Assembly (NCBI RefSeq): GCF_902713615.1 | Contig: NC_052173.1 | Span: 12,410,152-12,474,151, forward strand | DNA from: Scyliorhinus canicula | Taxonomy: Eukaryota | DNA length: 64,000 nucleotides | Direction of reading: 5' to 3' | Notes under the pieces: model-generated | Seen by the model: only the letters and a program-made list of their open reading frames with translations | Databases searched by the model: none | Told to the model about the DNA's origin: nothing | Shown here: one piece after another, positions 22,836-36,085 of the stretch | How positions within the stretch are numbered: position 1 is the first letter of the stretch | How the letters are laid out: the number at the start of each line of letters is the position of its first letter | Position numbers and translations under genes: made by a program

Positions 22836-23218
22836 TCCCCCCCCCCCACACCCCTGAGTACAAATTAATACTCCTCATTCCCCAACTCGGACCAAGGATC
22901 AATGATTAGGGAAATGAAAGTGTGACTCTGATACAGTGGGAGATAGTTTTCTTGTTGATGTAGTGAAGACAAATTGTGGGGGACTGTGTGATGCAACTAA
23001 CCTGATAATGTTTGTTGCTGCCACTGCACGCACAGATTTGGAAACCGTTTTCATTCCCACCACAATTATCGCTTAGCTTGCTGAGCACAAAATGCAGTGG
23101 TTCAAGTAACACTTAGGTTGTAGACGAATTCCTCCTTCTCTGTAAAGATGTGCCTTGATTTTCTTTTTCAGATGTTTTTGTGTACAGTGGCTGAGAAGCA
23201 CAGAAATAGTCTGTGAAG

Positions 23219-24421
23219 ATGCCGGATAAAGATAATTTATTTAACAGTGGTAATGATGAGGCTGGCCACAGCTCAGATGATATTTGCCGAGACTTCCTGC
23301 GCAATGTCTGCAAACGTGGTAAGCGCTGCAAGTTCTACCACCCTGACATTAATGAGGTGTCCGACTTGGGCGTAAAAAAGAATGAATTTGTCTTTTGTCA
23401 TGACTATCAGAACAAGGAGTGCACCCGCATTAACTGCAAGTTTATTCATGGAACAAAAGAGGACGAGGATCATTACAAAAAGTCAGGAGAGCTTCCCCCA
23501 CGCCTGCGTCTTACAGTGGCCATGGGTCTTGGCCTTTCACCTTCTGACCTCTCTTTTAAAAAAGGTGAGGTCCCAATCTGCCGAGACTACCTGAAAGGTG
23601 ACTGTCAAAGAGGATCTAAGTGCAAATTCCGACATTTGAAACGTGATGAATACGAGTATGAAAACAGAACTTTGGAGAGGTTGTCAAGAGACCAAGTGCT
23701 TTCACCTGTAGTGCGTCGATATGACCCATTCGATGACCTCTATGACACCGATCGCTATACTGATTACGACCATGTCCTAAAGCGACGAAGAGTCGATGGC
23801 TTGCGATTTGAAACTTATGATTTTAATATCCCTAATTCACGTCCAGTTGACTATCGGTTTCTGGAGGAGGAGAATCTGATGCTCCGAAAGCGTGTTGAAG
23901 AACTCAAGAAGCAGATCTCAAATTTGATGGCAACTAATGAGGTACTTTTGGAGCAAAACGCACACTTCCGCAACCAAACTAAGGTGGTCACGTTGACTTC
24001 CACTCCCACTGCGACAGAGCAAACACTGGCAGCACCAACTGTGGGCGCAATCACCAATTACAACCATGGTATAGCGCAGACTCACACCACGTTGAGCAGC
24101 CAAGCACTTCAACCACGACCTGTCACCCAGCAAGATTTAGTGGCAACTGCTGGAGCTTCAGCTGTGCCACCTACCAATGCTGCACCAACAGCACAGCATC
24201 TTAATCCTGAGATTGCTTCTCTGCCTGCAGCACTTGCCCAGACCATTGCCCAGGGAATGGCACCTCCAGTTTCCATGGCCCCAGTGGCTGTCTCTGTTGC
24301 ACCAGTGGCAGTATCAATTGCACAAGCACTGCCAGGAATTACCATTAGCCATGCCACCACTCCAATGGTTACTTATCCAATTGCATCGCAGAGTATGAGG
24401 ATAACAGCAATTCCTCACTGA
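23219..24421 (+). CDS. ZC3H10: Zinc finger CCCH domain-containing protein 10, single coding exon, 400 aa
   Basis: MPDKD...ICRDFLRNVCKRGKRC...FCHDYQNKEC...GLSP...VPICRDYLKGDCQRGSKCKFRH...LEEENLMLRKRVEELKKQ...SQSMRITAIPH matches vertebrate ZC3H10 as I recall it. True ATG is at 23219; the ORF track starts at a GTG. Acceptor ttctttttcAG at 23170-23171. Confidence 0.96.
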   Translation: MPDKDNLFNSGNDEAGHSSDDICRDFLRNVCKRGKRCKFYHPDINEVSDLGVKKNEFVFCHDYQNKECTRINCKFIHGTKEDEDHYKKSGELPPRLRLTVAMGLGLSPSDLSFKKGEVPICRDYLKGDCQRGSKCKFRHLKRDEYEYENRTLERLSRDQVLSPVVRRYDPFDDLYDTDRYTDYDHVLKRRRVDGLRFETYDFNIPNSRPVDYRFLEEENLMLRKRVEELKKQISNLMATNEVLLEQNAHFRNQTKVVTLTSTPTATEQTLAAPTVGAITNYNHGIAQTHTTLSSQALQPRPVTQQDLVATAGASAVPPTNAAPTAQHLNPEIASLPAALAQTIAQGMAPPVSMAPVAVSVAPVAVSIAQALPGITISHATTPMVTYPIASQSMRITAIPH

Positions 24422-25549
24422 GGATCTTTGAAGTAAGGGTTCCACAAAGGCTTTTGAAAAGGTTCTGTATTCCTATGTTGCTTCTCATGACGTGTGCGAC
24501 GTAAATATGCACACCAAAAGTCAAATAGAATCTGATCCAGCATTTAGTTCTATTTGTGCCTCAACTATTCCTCTTCAGTCCATTTACATGTCATTTCTGA
24601 ATACTTGTTTACCACCCTCCTGTTTTAGTGTTCAGCTTGCCAGCTTCATAAATCCGTCGCCTACCATAACATAAAAACAACTGCACGTGGCACAGGAGCA
24701 TTTTCTTCCAACACGCTTTGTATTTAACATAAACAAACCACTGGGCTGTGGTTCCTGCGCAAAATATTCAAACCAACTGTCTCCCAAGCTTGACCATCTG
24801 CATTCTTGACGCAAAAAAAATAACATTTCATAACATATGAAATTGTAAATTTTCCTGATCTTAATGAGCAAAAGAAAATTATTTTAAAACTTTTTATTGT
24901 GTTGCTGGCGCTGAATGATTGCTGCATTTGACCAGATCACTGCATAACGAGAAGTAATTTTCTGGGTAAATCTTTTTGGTGTGTTTTGATGATGCGATGG
25001 GGTGCTATAAAGTACATTTTAAATCGTATAAACCGTCCAATGTAACCCACACAATTTTGGCTTATGACGTTGCTCTACCAAAGTGTCTAATTAACATGGA
25101 AGCAATTACAATAATTTTATTTATGAATTCACCTGGTGCACTTTCAACTTAGTCATTCTTGGAGCATTGAATGCCCAGTGTGTGAAAGTCGTCATAGTCC
25201 ATGAGGACCATAGGCTGCTCTCTCCTTTGAGAGATCACCACACCTCAGGCAAGGGTCATGGTTGCGAAGGACCTTGATGGATAACCTCAGCCGGTACAGA
25301 AATTGAACCCGCACTGTTGGCGTCGCTCCGCATCACGAACCAGCTGTCCAGCCAACTGAGTTAACCAACTCCCGCCCCAGTGTGTAACATTAGTCTGTTC
25401 AAATTCTGCCACATTGATGGGATTAAAATCTTTGTTCTTTGCCAGCTGCAAGGGTGATACATAAATGGATTTGAAGAATCTGAATTCAATTTCTACTGGG
25501 CCTTTTCCAGATCACAAAACTGCCCATAACTTGGCAGTCTTACTCTGGC

Positions 25550-25755
25550 TTAGGAAGAAGTCTTACAACACCAGGTTAAAGTCCAACAGGTTTGTTTGGA
25601 ATCACGAGGTTCTGCAGCATAGCTCCTTCATCAGGTGAGTGAAGCTACGCTCTGAAAGCTAGTGATTCCAACCAAACCTGTTGGACTTTAACCTGATGTT
25701 GTAAGACTTCTTACTGTGCTCACCCCAGTCCAACGCCAGGATCTCCACATCATGG
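25550..25755. mobile_element. Foldback Penelope-type terminal element (second copy)
   Basis: Same inverted arms as 14106-14290. CTGATGAAGGAGC on the minus strand. TSD ttactctggc at 25540-25549 and 25756-25765. Confidence 0.75.
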
Positions 25756-25944
25756 TTACTCTGGCCTATTTGCTGGAAGGAAGGCGGGTGATGATACAGA
25801 TTCAGTAGGGAAAGCTCTTCTAAGCTTGAAGTCCAGCTCTGGTGGGGAAAACATTACTCTGCACCTAGCCTGTCACTGTTTGATGCCCTGATGCCACTTA
25901 TCCTCAGACTGTGAATTTAGCAAAAGAAGACAAAATCATTTTCT

Positions 25945-26057
25945 TTTTTTAAAACGCATTTTATTCAAACTTGTATCAAAGTAGGTTACAGCAAATAAAC
26001 ACCCCGGGAAACATTCTTCCCAACAATCAACTATACAGTTTGTACAGATTTTTCTTC

Positions 26058-26124
<67 letters not shown>

Positions 26125-29100
26125 CCGCGATGCCGACCGCCACTCCAGCAAAATTCCCCGCCGTGCAATCAGAGAGGCGAAGGCCAAGACATCGACCTTC
26201 CTCCTCTCCATGAGCTCCGGCTTCTCTGAAACCCCAAATATCGCCACCAAAGGGTCCGGGTCCACTCCCTCCTCCACTATCCTGGCTAAGACCGTGAACA
26301 CTCGCGTCCAGAATCTTCCCAATTTTTCACAACCCCAAAAATGTGCGCATGATTGGCTGGCCCCCGCCCACGCCTCTCACACTCATCTGCTACCCCCTGA
26401 AAGAACCCACTCATTCTCGCCCGAGTCATATGCACCCTGTTCACCACCTTAAACTGTATCAGGCTCATCCTCGCACAAGAGGATGTCCCATTTACCCTTC
26501 GCAGTGCCTCACTTCATACTCCTCAATTGATCTCTATTCCCAACTCTGCATCCCATTTCTCCTTGACCTTCACCACCCGCTCGCCTCCCTGCTCCCCCAG
26601 CCACTTATATATATCCCCAATTCTTCCCTCCCCTTCCACATCCGGAAGCAGCAGTCACTCCAGCAGGGTGTATCCCAGCAATCTAGGGAACCCCTTCCAG
26701 ACCTTTCGTGCAAAGTCCCTAACCTGCAGGTACCTGAACTCACTACCCCTCAGCAGCTCTACCCTCTCCCTTAGCTCCTCCAGACTGGCGAACCCTTCCT
26801 CCAAATACAGATTCCTCACCTTGACCAGCCCCACTTCTCTCCACCTCCTGTATACACTATCCATCCCCCCCAGCTCAAACCCATGATTCTCACACAGCGG
26901 CGTTAGCATCGACATCCCTTCCACCCTAAAATGCCTCCTCAGCTGATTCCATATCTTCACCGTGGACGGCACCACTGGGCTCCCTGAATACCTACGCGGA
27001 GCCATTGGCAATGCTGCCGTCACCATAGCCCTCAAACTAGACCCCTTACAAGATTCCTCCTCCATCCTAACCCACTCTACCCCTTCTCCTTCCCACCTTT
27101 CTCCTTCCCACCATCACTGCCGCACCTTGTCCACATTCGCTGCCCAATAATAATGAAGCAAGTTTGGCAACGCCAACCTCCCCTGCTGCCTCTGCCTCTG
27201 TAGCAGGGTCCTCCCCACCCTTGGCACCTTGCACATCCATACAAAGTCGGAGATGATTGTGTCCGAAAAAAGACTTTTGGTATAAAGATCGGGAGAGCCT
27301 GAAAGATAAACAAGAACCTCGGCAGAATATTCATTTTCACCACTTGGCCCCTCCCCGCCAACGTTAAGTGCAGTGTATCCCACCTCTTAAGATCCTCCCT
27401 GGCCTCCTCCACCAGCTTTGTTAAGTTCCCGAATCCCCAAGTATGTAAACCTATCCCTCGCTACCGTAAATGGCATCCCCCATAAATTAGCCCGCTGTGC
27501 CAGCTCATTCACCGGGAATACCTTGCTTTTCTCTATATTCAGCTTGTATCCCGAGAACCCTCCAACCTCCCCAATAATCCTTCCCATGCTCTCCAACGGA
27601 TCCGAAACATACAGCAAGAGGTAATCGGCATAGAGCAACACTCGATGCTCCCTCTGTCCCCTCATTATCCCCTGCCACTCTGCCGACCCCCTGAGAGCCA
27701 TCGCCAATGGCTCTATGGCCAGCACAAACAGCAGCGGCGATAGCGGGTACCCCTGCCTCGTAACCCTGTGTAAGTCAAAGCTTCATGAGCTCATATCATT
27801 CGTCCTCACCCTCGCTGCGCCACATACAGCAACCACACCCATGCCACAAATCTCGGCCCAAACCCAAAAATTCGAACAAGTACCGCCAATCCACCCAATC
27901 AAATGCTTTCTCCGCGTCCATGGACACCACAACCTCCGGTACCAGAACTCTCGACGGATTCATCACCACATTCAACAGCCGTCTTATATTACTCACGAGC
28001 TGCCTGCCCTTTACAAAGCCTGTTTGATCTTCTGCAACCACCCCTGGGACACAATCCTCCATCGTCCCCGCCACCAACTTAGCCAATACTTTCACATCCG
28101 TGTGCAATAGCGATATGGGTCTATACGACCCACGTTCCACCGGATCCTTCCCTGTTTTGGGGATTAGTGTGATTACTGCTTGCTTCATCGTCACCGGCAA
28201 CTCCCCCTTCTCCAGTGCTTCATTAAACGCCCCCAACAGATGTGGTGCCAGGTCCGCCGCAAATTCCTTATAAAATTCTGCCGGTACCCATCCGGCCCAG
28301 GGGCCTTCCCCGACTTCATATCCCTGATACTATCAAGCACCTTCCTCAGCCCCAGGGGCTCCTCCAACGCCTGCCTCTTTGCTTCCTCCACCTGGGGAAA
28401 TTTCAACTCGTCCAGAAACCACCCCATGTCCCCCTTCTCTCCTCCTGGGTCTGCCTCATAAAGTCCCTGGTAATACTCTCTAAATGCCTCATTTATCTTC
28501 CCTGGCTCTGACACCACATCCCCAGCCCCAGTCTGGATCTTCAATATTTCCCTGGACGCAGCCTGCCTCCGCAGCTGGTGCACCAGCATGCGGCTCGCCT
28601 TCTCCCCATACTCGTATTGCACCCCTCTTGCCCTACCCAGTTGCCCTACTGCCCTCCCCATTGTCAGCCTGTCAAATTGCCCCTGCAAGTTTTTCCTCCT
28701 CGCCAATCCCTCCACGGTGGGCACCCTCGAATATTCCCTGTCCACCTCCACTATCTCGCTAACTAGACGGTCATGTTCCGCCCTCCTTTCCTTATTCGCA
28801 CGAATCGTAAATGAGAATTTCTCCCCGGACCACTGCCTTCAGTGCTTCCCAAGAAATGCCCGGCCACACCTCCCCATTCTGATTGAACTCCACATAATCC
28901 CTAATCGCCAACCGCACCTTATCACAAAAACCTCCATCCGCCAACAACCCCGAGTCAAACCTCCACCCCGGCCTCTGCTCTCGTCCCGTACTGAACCGAA
29001 TATCCAGCCAGTGGGGTGCATGGTCCGAGATAACTATCCCCGTATACTCTGCCCCCTCCACCCCACCCAAAAACCCCGACCCACTACAAAGTAATCAGTC

Positions 29101-31321
29101 CTCGAATACGCCTTATAGACGTGTGAAAAGAAGGAATACTCCCCCTTCCCCCTGGGTTCTGAAAGCGACATGGATCCACCATACCCTTCCCCTCCATAAA
29201 CCCACCCAGCTCCCTTGTCATTCGTACCCTACCCATCGGCCTGGGGCTCGATCTATCCACCCTCGGCTCCAGGACACAGTTAAAATCTCCTCCCATGATC
29301 AACTGGTACGTGGCCAAATCCGGGATTGCTGCCAGCAACCCCCTCATAAAACCCACATCATTCCAATTTGGGGCATACACATTTACCAACACTACCGGTG
29401 CCCCTTCCAATACCCCACTCACAATCACATATCTCCCACCTGGACCCCTCACCACCTTCGCACTCTCAAATCCCATTTTTTTGCTAATTAAAATTGCCAC
29501 ACCCCTCAATTTCAAATCAAACCCCGAGTGAAAAACCTGCCCGACCCACCCCTTCCTTAACCTAACCTGGTCCTTCACACGGATGTGTGTCTCCTGCAAA
29601 AAGACATCCCCTGCTTTCAAGCTCCTGAGGTGCGTGAACACACGCGACCTTTTAACCGGCCCATTCAGTCCCCGGATGTTCCACGTTACCAACCTTACTG
29701 TCGTGCGCCTCTAATCCCCTCTACCGTCCATCATCTTCCCCACTTAACTCCTGCCCCTTTAATTCCACTCTGTACCTAGCCCATCCAAGAGGGCCCCTTT
29801 CTTCGCCCTTGACCATGTCATCTCTCACCCCCTGCCACGTCGCTTTTCTTCTTCCCCCCCCCCCCCCCCCGGCCACCCCTCTTGGCCACCGCCGCACTTC
29901 CATTCACGAGCATAACCTGCTAGCGCGGCTGCCCCTGCCCCAAAGGCACATCCTAATGAACCCCCCCCCCCCACTCCTCAGCTCAAAGAAAAAGGCCTCC
30001 TGCTGGCCTTACCCTCCCCGGCCCAAACAAGGACTTCTCCTGAACTCCAAAAGCAAACAAACGGATGTTAAACACAAACAGTCCCATAAAATAGGAGGGG
30101 GGATGGGAACATCCATCCCACATAAACTTTTCACCCCTACAACTCCTTACACTCTCAACATTGAACAGAACCCCCCCCCCCCCCCCCAAAAAAACGAAAA
30201 TCCCCCAAATCTCCACCCACTTCAGACATGCTCCCGACCATTACATAGCGCCAGCACCCCGGTTCCCAAGCATTGTCCACTCAGTTCTCCCCCAGTTTAT
30301 GCTCCTTCATGAAGTATTTGGCGCTTCTGGGATCTCAAAATAATACTCCCGGCCTCCGAACGTCACCCATAATTTCGCCGGGTAGAGTACCCCAAACCTG
30401 ATCTGCCGCCGGTACAGCACCGCCTTGGCCTTGTTGAAACCTGCCCGCCGTTTTGCCAACTCGGCTCCGATGTCCTGATAAATCCAGATGTTATTTCCCT
30501 CCCAGTCGCAGCTACGCTTCTCCATGGCCCACCGTAGAATTTTCTCTTTCTCCACAAATTTATGGAGTCTCACGATCACCGCCCGTGGCGGCTCCCCAGC
30601 TCTAGGCTTTTGCCTCCGAGACCTATGAGCTCGGTCCACTTCAGGTGCCTTATCTAGCACCCCTTCTGCCACCAGTCCCGCCAGCATCCTCGAGACGTGC
30701 CTCGTGGCACTCACACCTTCCACTCCTTTGGGCAGGCCCACTATTCACAGGTTCTGCCTTCTTGAGGCATTCTCCTGCTCCTCCACCTTTGCCCTCTGTT
30801 TTACAGAGGTCTCCTAGGAGCCCCACCTCTGCCTCCAGAGCCACCACACAATCGCTGTGGTCCGAGGTCACTCCTTCAATCTCTCGAATCTATGGCCCCT
30901 GCACCTCCAAACACCTCTCCATCCGCTCCAAAGTACTCTTCAGAGGTGCCACAGCTTCTGCAATGGCCTTTGCATGATCCTCATGCATTTCTTTCCTCTG
31001 TTTATTGAATTCCTCCTTGATAAAAGTCATCAGTTCCTGTATCTGGGGCCTTACAGCTTGCCCCTCCCCCGCCTGCATGCTGGAAGAGAATGTGTGAAGC
31101 ACAAGACTGTTCCAACTTTCCAGCCAAACCTCTCACTGTTTTCTGCCGGGTCCAGTGATCAGAAGACATACCATTCCAGGGCTAAACTACTCCTTTAACA
31201 TTCGCCTACGCCTTTTCATCAAAATTCCACCCGGATCTGGGTAAAAAGAGCCCTTTTCTGTGACTCTGAACAGGAACAGCCCTTTATGTGACCAATCACT
31301 CCATGGTCACAAGCGGAAGTC
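25945..31321 (-). mobile_element. Full-length L1-clade LINE (ORF1 + APE/RT ORF2, multiply frameshifted)
   Basis: ORF1 motifs AHRS...PRAVIVRLH...IYQD...LYPAKL (30307-31100). APE motifs TWNIRGLN, LQETH, NVYAPN, GGDFN, SDH. RT motifs KAPGPDG, YRPISLL, DAEKAFD, LYAD. 3' AATAAA + short polyA. 15-bp TSD acaaaatcattttct at 25930-25944 and 31322-31336. Confidence 0.95.
26059..26121. repeat. Poly-C tract (63 nt) near the L1 3' end
   Basis: Directly visible homopolymer. Length may be unreliable. Confidence 0.85.
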
Positions 31322-33054
31322 ACAAAATCATTTTCTGTTTACTTGGCATTAGTGGCAAGAGTGGAGTTGGTAAAAGTGGTTAAAGAACAAAAGCCAATGA
31401 TGGTTGCTCCTGCAAGTAGATTGGGTCAGCAGCACAGGAAATGCAAACCTTTTGCAAATCCTTGTTGGAATGCATATATATTTTCACACCAAATATTGTA
31501 ATTTGTATACAAATACAATCAATGTATAACTTTGATAACATTTATGGAATTACATCTAAGGCAGCTTAACTGCTGACTTTTTTGGGACCAGAATGGAAGT
31601 GTTTGCATGCAGCCTTTGAAGTATGGTGAGCCAAGCTGCAACAAATTTGAGCACGTGAACGTGAATGTTCATGATCTTTTCCCTTTTCTTTAAAAGTGAC
31701 CTATAACTAACTCCAGCTGTCTGAAAAGATCTTTTAACAGCATTTTGAATACAGTGTATTTTGCTAAATGCATGTTTTGATTAACTCCTGGAAGTCCATA
31801 ACCAGGATCAGTGGAAAACTGCAGAAAATTGAAGTAAAATCTATTGGGATTTTGTGCCCAATGTCCTCATTCATTTTGAAAACTTTGCTAAATCCACATA
31901 TCACTGATTGATTTATCTGCATTTTCTTCAAGCTTGCCAAAATGATCTTGCAACGCAATTGAGTGTTAAAGGTGAAATAGGCTTTTTGTATTCGCTGTTA
32001 AAACCCTGTGGTTATTTTGTTTCATTGATTCTGGTGCTCATTTTTAAAAAAAGGGCTGGTGGTGATATGGAACCCGAAGGTTGGTTACACTTGTGCGATT
32101 TAATCAACTAGTTATTGAGGACATTCAGTCTCAATTGTTGTTTTTCTGTTAACCATGTCTACAACTTGTATATAGTAGCTGTTTTAGTCTTTTAAAATCT
32201 GCTGTGATGTTTGTCAAGTTCTTGTGGGATCTGGGATTCAGCACCAATGATCTAATCTTGTGCAATTGAAACAAGGTTAATTAAGGAAATGTGTTCTTGT
32301 ACTTTCAACGTCACCCACAATGGAAATTCTACTCAATACTTGTACGAGCTCTTTGACTGTGCCACAGTATTTATATTTTGCGAATGGGAAGGGGAATTTT
32401 CATATCATCGGATAGCCTTTCCCCTGCAATTCTTTCTTCATGCTATAGTTTTGAACTTCCAGGATTCCCTGTGATTGAAAGTTTACCTAATTAAAATACA
32501 GTGTCTATCATTCATACTTGCCAAACCATGAATATTCAGGAACCCTTCCAAACCAAAGGGAATCCCTTTCAGAGTTTGATCTAATAATGCAAACTGCTTC
32601 TTCACAAAGAACTCTGGGGACATGACAGTATTGTAATATATCACCAACAAATACCACCATGCAATGGTGAGGTCAACAGTTAAAACAGTGCACTATCGTT
32701 AAGGAATGTTCAAACTAGTCTGTTTTTTTAGTAAAGGATTGATATAGATGATTGAAAATAAGCAATATTAAATGTGCATTGTATTCCTGTCGTATGTAAT
32801 GAGTCAAAATATAACAAAACCTGCATAAAACTGGAATTACCAAATTGGTACTGGCTGAGTCAGGATCAAATTGAAATTTCTAGTGGTTTGCTTATACAGC
32901 ATCATATTTTCAGATTTGACTTTCTGATTCCTAGTCGACTATTTTCACATTGAATGTAATATCACTGTCATTATTAATGACATTTTTACAATATTCTGTT
33001 TATTGGAAAACTGTTTTATAAAAAATTTGACTCCAGTGTCAGCTAACATGGATC

Positions 33055-34030
33055 AGAACATAAGAAAAAGGAGCAGGAGTAGGCCATCAGCCCCTACGCC
33101 TGCTCTGCCAGTCATGTCTGATCTGATTGTGGCCTTAACTCCACCTTCTTGCCTGCCCCTCATAACATTTGACTTCCTTGTCAATCAAAAATCTGTCCAA
33201 CTCAGCTGTGAATATATTTAATGGCTCAGCTTCCACTGCTTGCTGGGGAAGAGAATTCCAAAGACTAACGACCCTCTGGGAAGGAATTCCTCCTCATCTC
33301 AGTCTTAAACAGGAGATCCATTTAGTTTTAAATTGTGCGCCCTAGTTCTCGATTCCCTCAAAAGAGGAAAGATCCTCTTGCCATCCACCTTGTCAAGCCT
33401 CCTCCCCCCTTCAAACCTTATGTTTCAGTAAGATCATCTCGTTCTTCTAAATTCCAATGGGTATAGAGTGAACCTTCTCTGAACTGCTTCCAATGCAAGT
33501 ATGTCCCTCCTGAAGTAAGGTCACCAAAACTGTAATGTGAAGATGCCGGCGTTGGACTGGGGTGAGCACAGTAAGAAGTCTTACAACACCAGGTTAAAGT
33601 CCAACAGGTTTGTTTCGAATCACTAGCTTTCGGCTGGCAGCTCCTTCATCAGGTGACTGCACAGTACTCTGGGTGCAATTAAACCAACACCCTGTACAGT
33701 TATAACAAGCCGTCTCTACTTTTCTACTCTATCTCCTTTGTAAGAAAGGCCAACATTCCGTTTGCCTTCCTAATTAATTAAAATGCTGTACCTGCATGCT
33801 GATTATTTTGTGATTCATGTGCAAGGACTGCAACATGCTGTAGTCTCTCCCCATTTAAATAAAGTGCTTTTCTATTCCTGCCAAAGTGGACAACCTTACA
33901 TTTTCTCACACTACACTCCATCTGCCAAATTTCTGCTCTCGCTCTTAACCTATCTACTTTGCAAACTTTTTGTATTCTCCTCACCACTTGCTTTCCTACT
34001 TATCTTCGTATCGTCAGCAAATTTGGCTAC
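33055..34030 (-). mobile_element. Degenerate CR1-group LINE fragment, containing a single-arm Penelope-type terminal element at about 33535-33656
   Basis: KFADDTKI, WQME..V.KCKVVHFGR motifs. The insert matches one arm of the 14106/25550 element including cacctgatgaaggagc. Confidence 0.75.
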
Positions 34031-34699
34031 AGTGCATTTGGTCCCTTATTGATTGAGATTGTCGGCAGTTTAGGCCAGATCTAGGCAATCTAGGCTCGTG
34101 AGTGGGCTGCATGAGTGGTTTTCCTTCATATCAGAGGGCCATAGGAATAAAATTGAGCATGAGCACTAGTTATGACCCCATGAATAGGATTAAAAACATG
34201 TTAATATGTGCTGAATATTTCATAATTCATTATAGGAACTACTTAATCATTCATATATTAATAGAACTGGCTTCAACTTCACATGGCATAAACAAAATAA
34301 ATATTTACACTTTAAAGTGCAAAAGTAGCATAAAAAAAGCTCAATCTCCCACTTCCACTGGTCTCCTGGGCTAGGGTAATTTTGCTAACTGCACTTGCAT
34401 GTCCACAATTTGTGGGGTGTGCCTGTTGAACTGTAGGGGGCTATGTTTGGACGGCTCTTGCAGTCATTGTTCAATCACTATGCACCTTTCTTCACTTGCC
34501 CGTGCTTTATGTGTGTATCACTTTAGTAATAACGGTAGGAAAGCAAAACTACGTGGACGGAAACCAGAAGAGTGTGGCAACCCTACACCTGGGCAATGGT
34601 CAATAAAATGTCTCATGGGCTGCGGGGTGCCCAGCACTGGCTTAGGCCCTAGCACTGTTCCCTATTGCACTGCACTAATTACAGTAACCGGAAAATTGG

Positions 34700-35027
34700 G
34701 GGGGCACGGTAGCACAGTGGTTAGCACAGTTGCTTCACAGCGCCAGGGTCCCATGTTCGATTCCCGGCTTGGGTCACTGCCTGTGCGGAGTCTGCACGTT
34801 CTCCCCGTGTCTGCGTGGGATTCCTCCGGGTGCTCCGGTTTCCTCCCACAGTCCCAAGATGTGCAGGTGAGGTGGATTGACCATGCTAAATTGCCCTTGG
34901 TGTCTAAAAAGGTTGGGTGGGGTTACGGGGATAGAGTAGGGGTGTGAGCTTTGGTAGGATGCTCTTTCCAGGGGCTGGTGCAGACTCGATGGGCCGAATG
35001 GCCTCCTTCTGCACTGTAAATTCTATG
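34700..35027 (+). mobile_element. HE1-like SINE (tail type C)
   Basis: Head + V core + gggccgaatggcctccttctgcactgta..ttctatg tail. Confidence 0.85.
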
Positions 35028-35575
35028 ACCCATTTTCCCAACTCTGTTTCCTATTTAGCTAGCCAGTTAATTATCTGAAACCATGAGGTTTTATTTTGTG
35101 TGGCTCCGTTATCAAATGCCTATTGAAAATCCAAATGCACTACATCTATTTTGTTTTGCCCATTGTGTAAAGTAAGAACATTATTTAACTAATGTTATTA
35201 TAAACGAGTTAAGTTTTTACAGATATTCAGAATCACATTGTCACTTGCTAACCATAGACAACTTTGGAATGTGAAGACCAACAGTCCAAATATGGAGATG
35301 GAATACTCAGTAAAATATCCTGACATTACAAAAATACCAGACTTTGCTCAATAATGTACAAGCGAAGGATCAGCCAGAATCTGGCAAAACATACATATAT
35401 GTATACTAAGCCTGTAATTATACTGATGCTTATTATTATTTTTTCCTATGTGGCACTTGACTACTCTTCAATTATAACAAAACCTTTTTGCAAAAGATTT
35501 TTGGTTGTTTTATTAAATCTCTGGGAGAAGGTGGTTTAACATCCCAGTAAAAATCAATTTAAAATTTCAAACTAG

Positions 35576-35797
35576 GGGGCAGCACAGTGGCGCAGTGGTT
35601 AGCACTGCTGCCTCATGGTGTTGAGGACCCGGGTTCGATCCCGACCCTTTGTCACTGTCCGTGTGGAGTTTGCACATTCTCCCTGTGTTTGCGTGGGTTT
35701 CACCCCCACAACCCAATGTTGTGCAGATTAGGTGGATTGGCCACGCTAAATTGCCCCTTAATTGGAAAAAAAATAATTGGATACTCTAAATTTTTTT
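35576..35797 (+). mobile_element. Type A SINE
   Basis: Consensus match. TSD aaaatttcaaacta. Confidence 0.88.
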
Positions 35798-35959
35798 AAA
35801 ATTTCAAACTAATTTCATTTTCATAATGTGTTTTGTATCATGAATTTCTGAGTAATCCGGTATGTTGCAGTATGGAGAGCTGTGCCACAGAACGTTGAGA
35901 CCTGTAATCTATCACCCTTTAACGTTACTCATCTCAAAGAGACCCACACCAAGATGGCT

Positions 35960-36085
35960 GGGGGAGGTAACGTATGCCGCCCTCCAATCTGCCAAGACTG
36001 CTCCAGAATCGACAGAATTTTGGAAGATGCCGACCAATGCATCCACTATTTCCATGGCCACCTCCTTTAGTAACTCCTCATAAAC
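35960..36085 (-). mobile_element. Small CR1 RT fragment
   Basis: Minus-strand translation LKEVAMEIVDALVGIFQNSVDSGAVLADWR. Confidence 0.6.

Noticed and set aside
25936-26322. Poly-Gly / poly-Pro ORFs
   Set aside because: Produced by the 63-nt C homopolymer inside the L1 3' end, possibly inflated by sequencing error.
35862-36083. Short plus-strand ORFs as a possible extra gene (e.g. another aquaporin) between ZC3H10 and MIP
   Set aside because: The minus strand translates to a CR1 RT fragment. I saw no NPA-containing or RPL41-like exon outside MIP.
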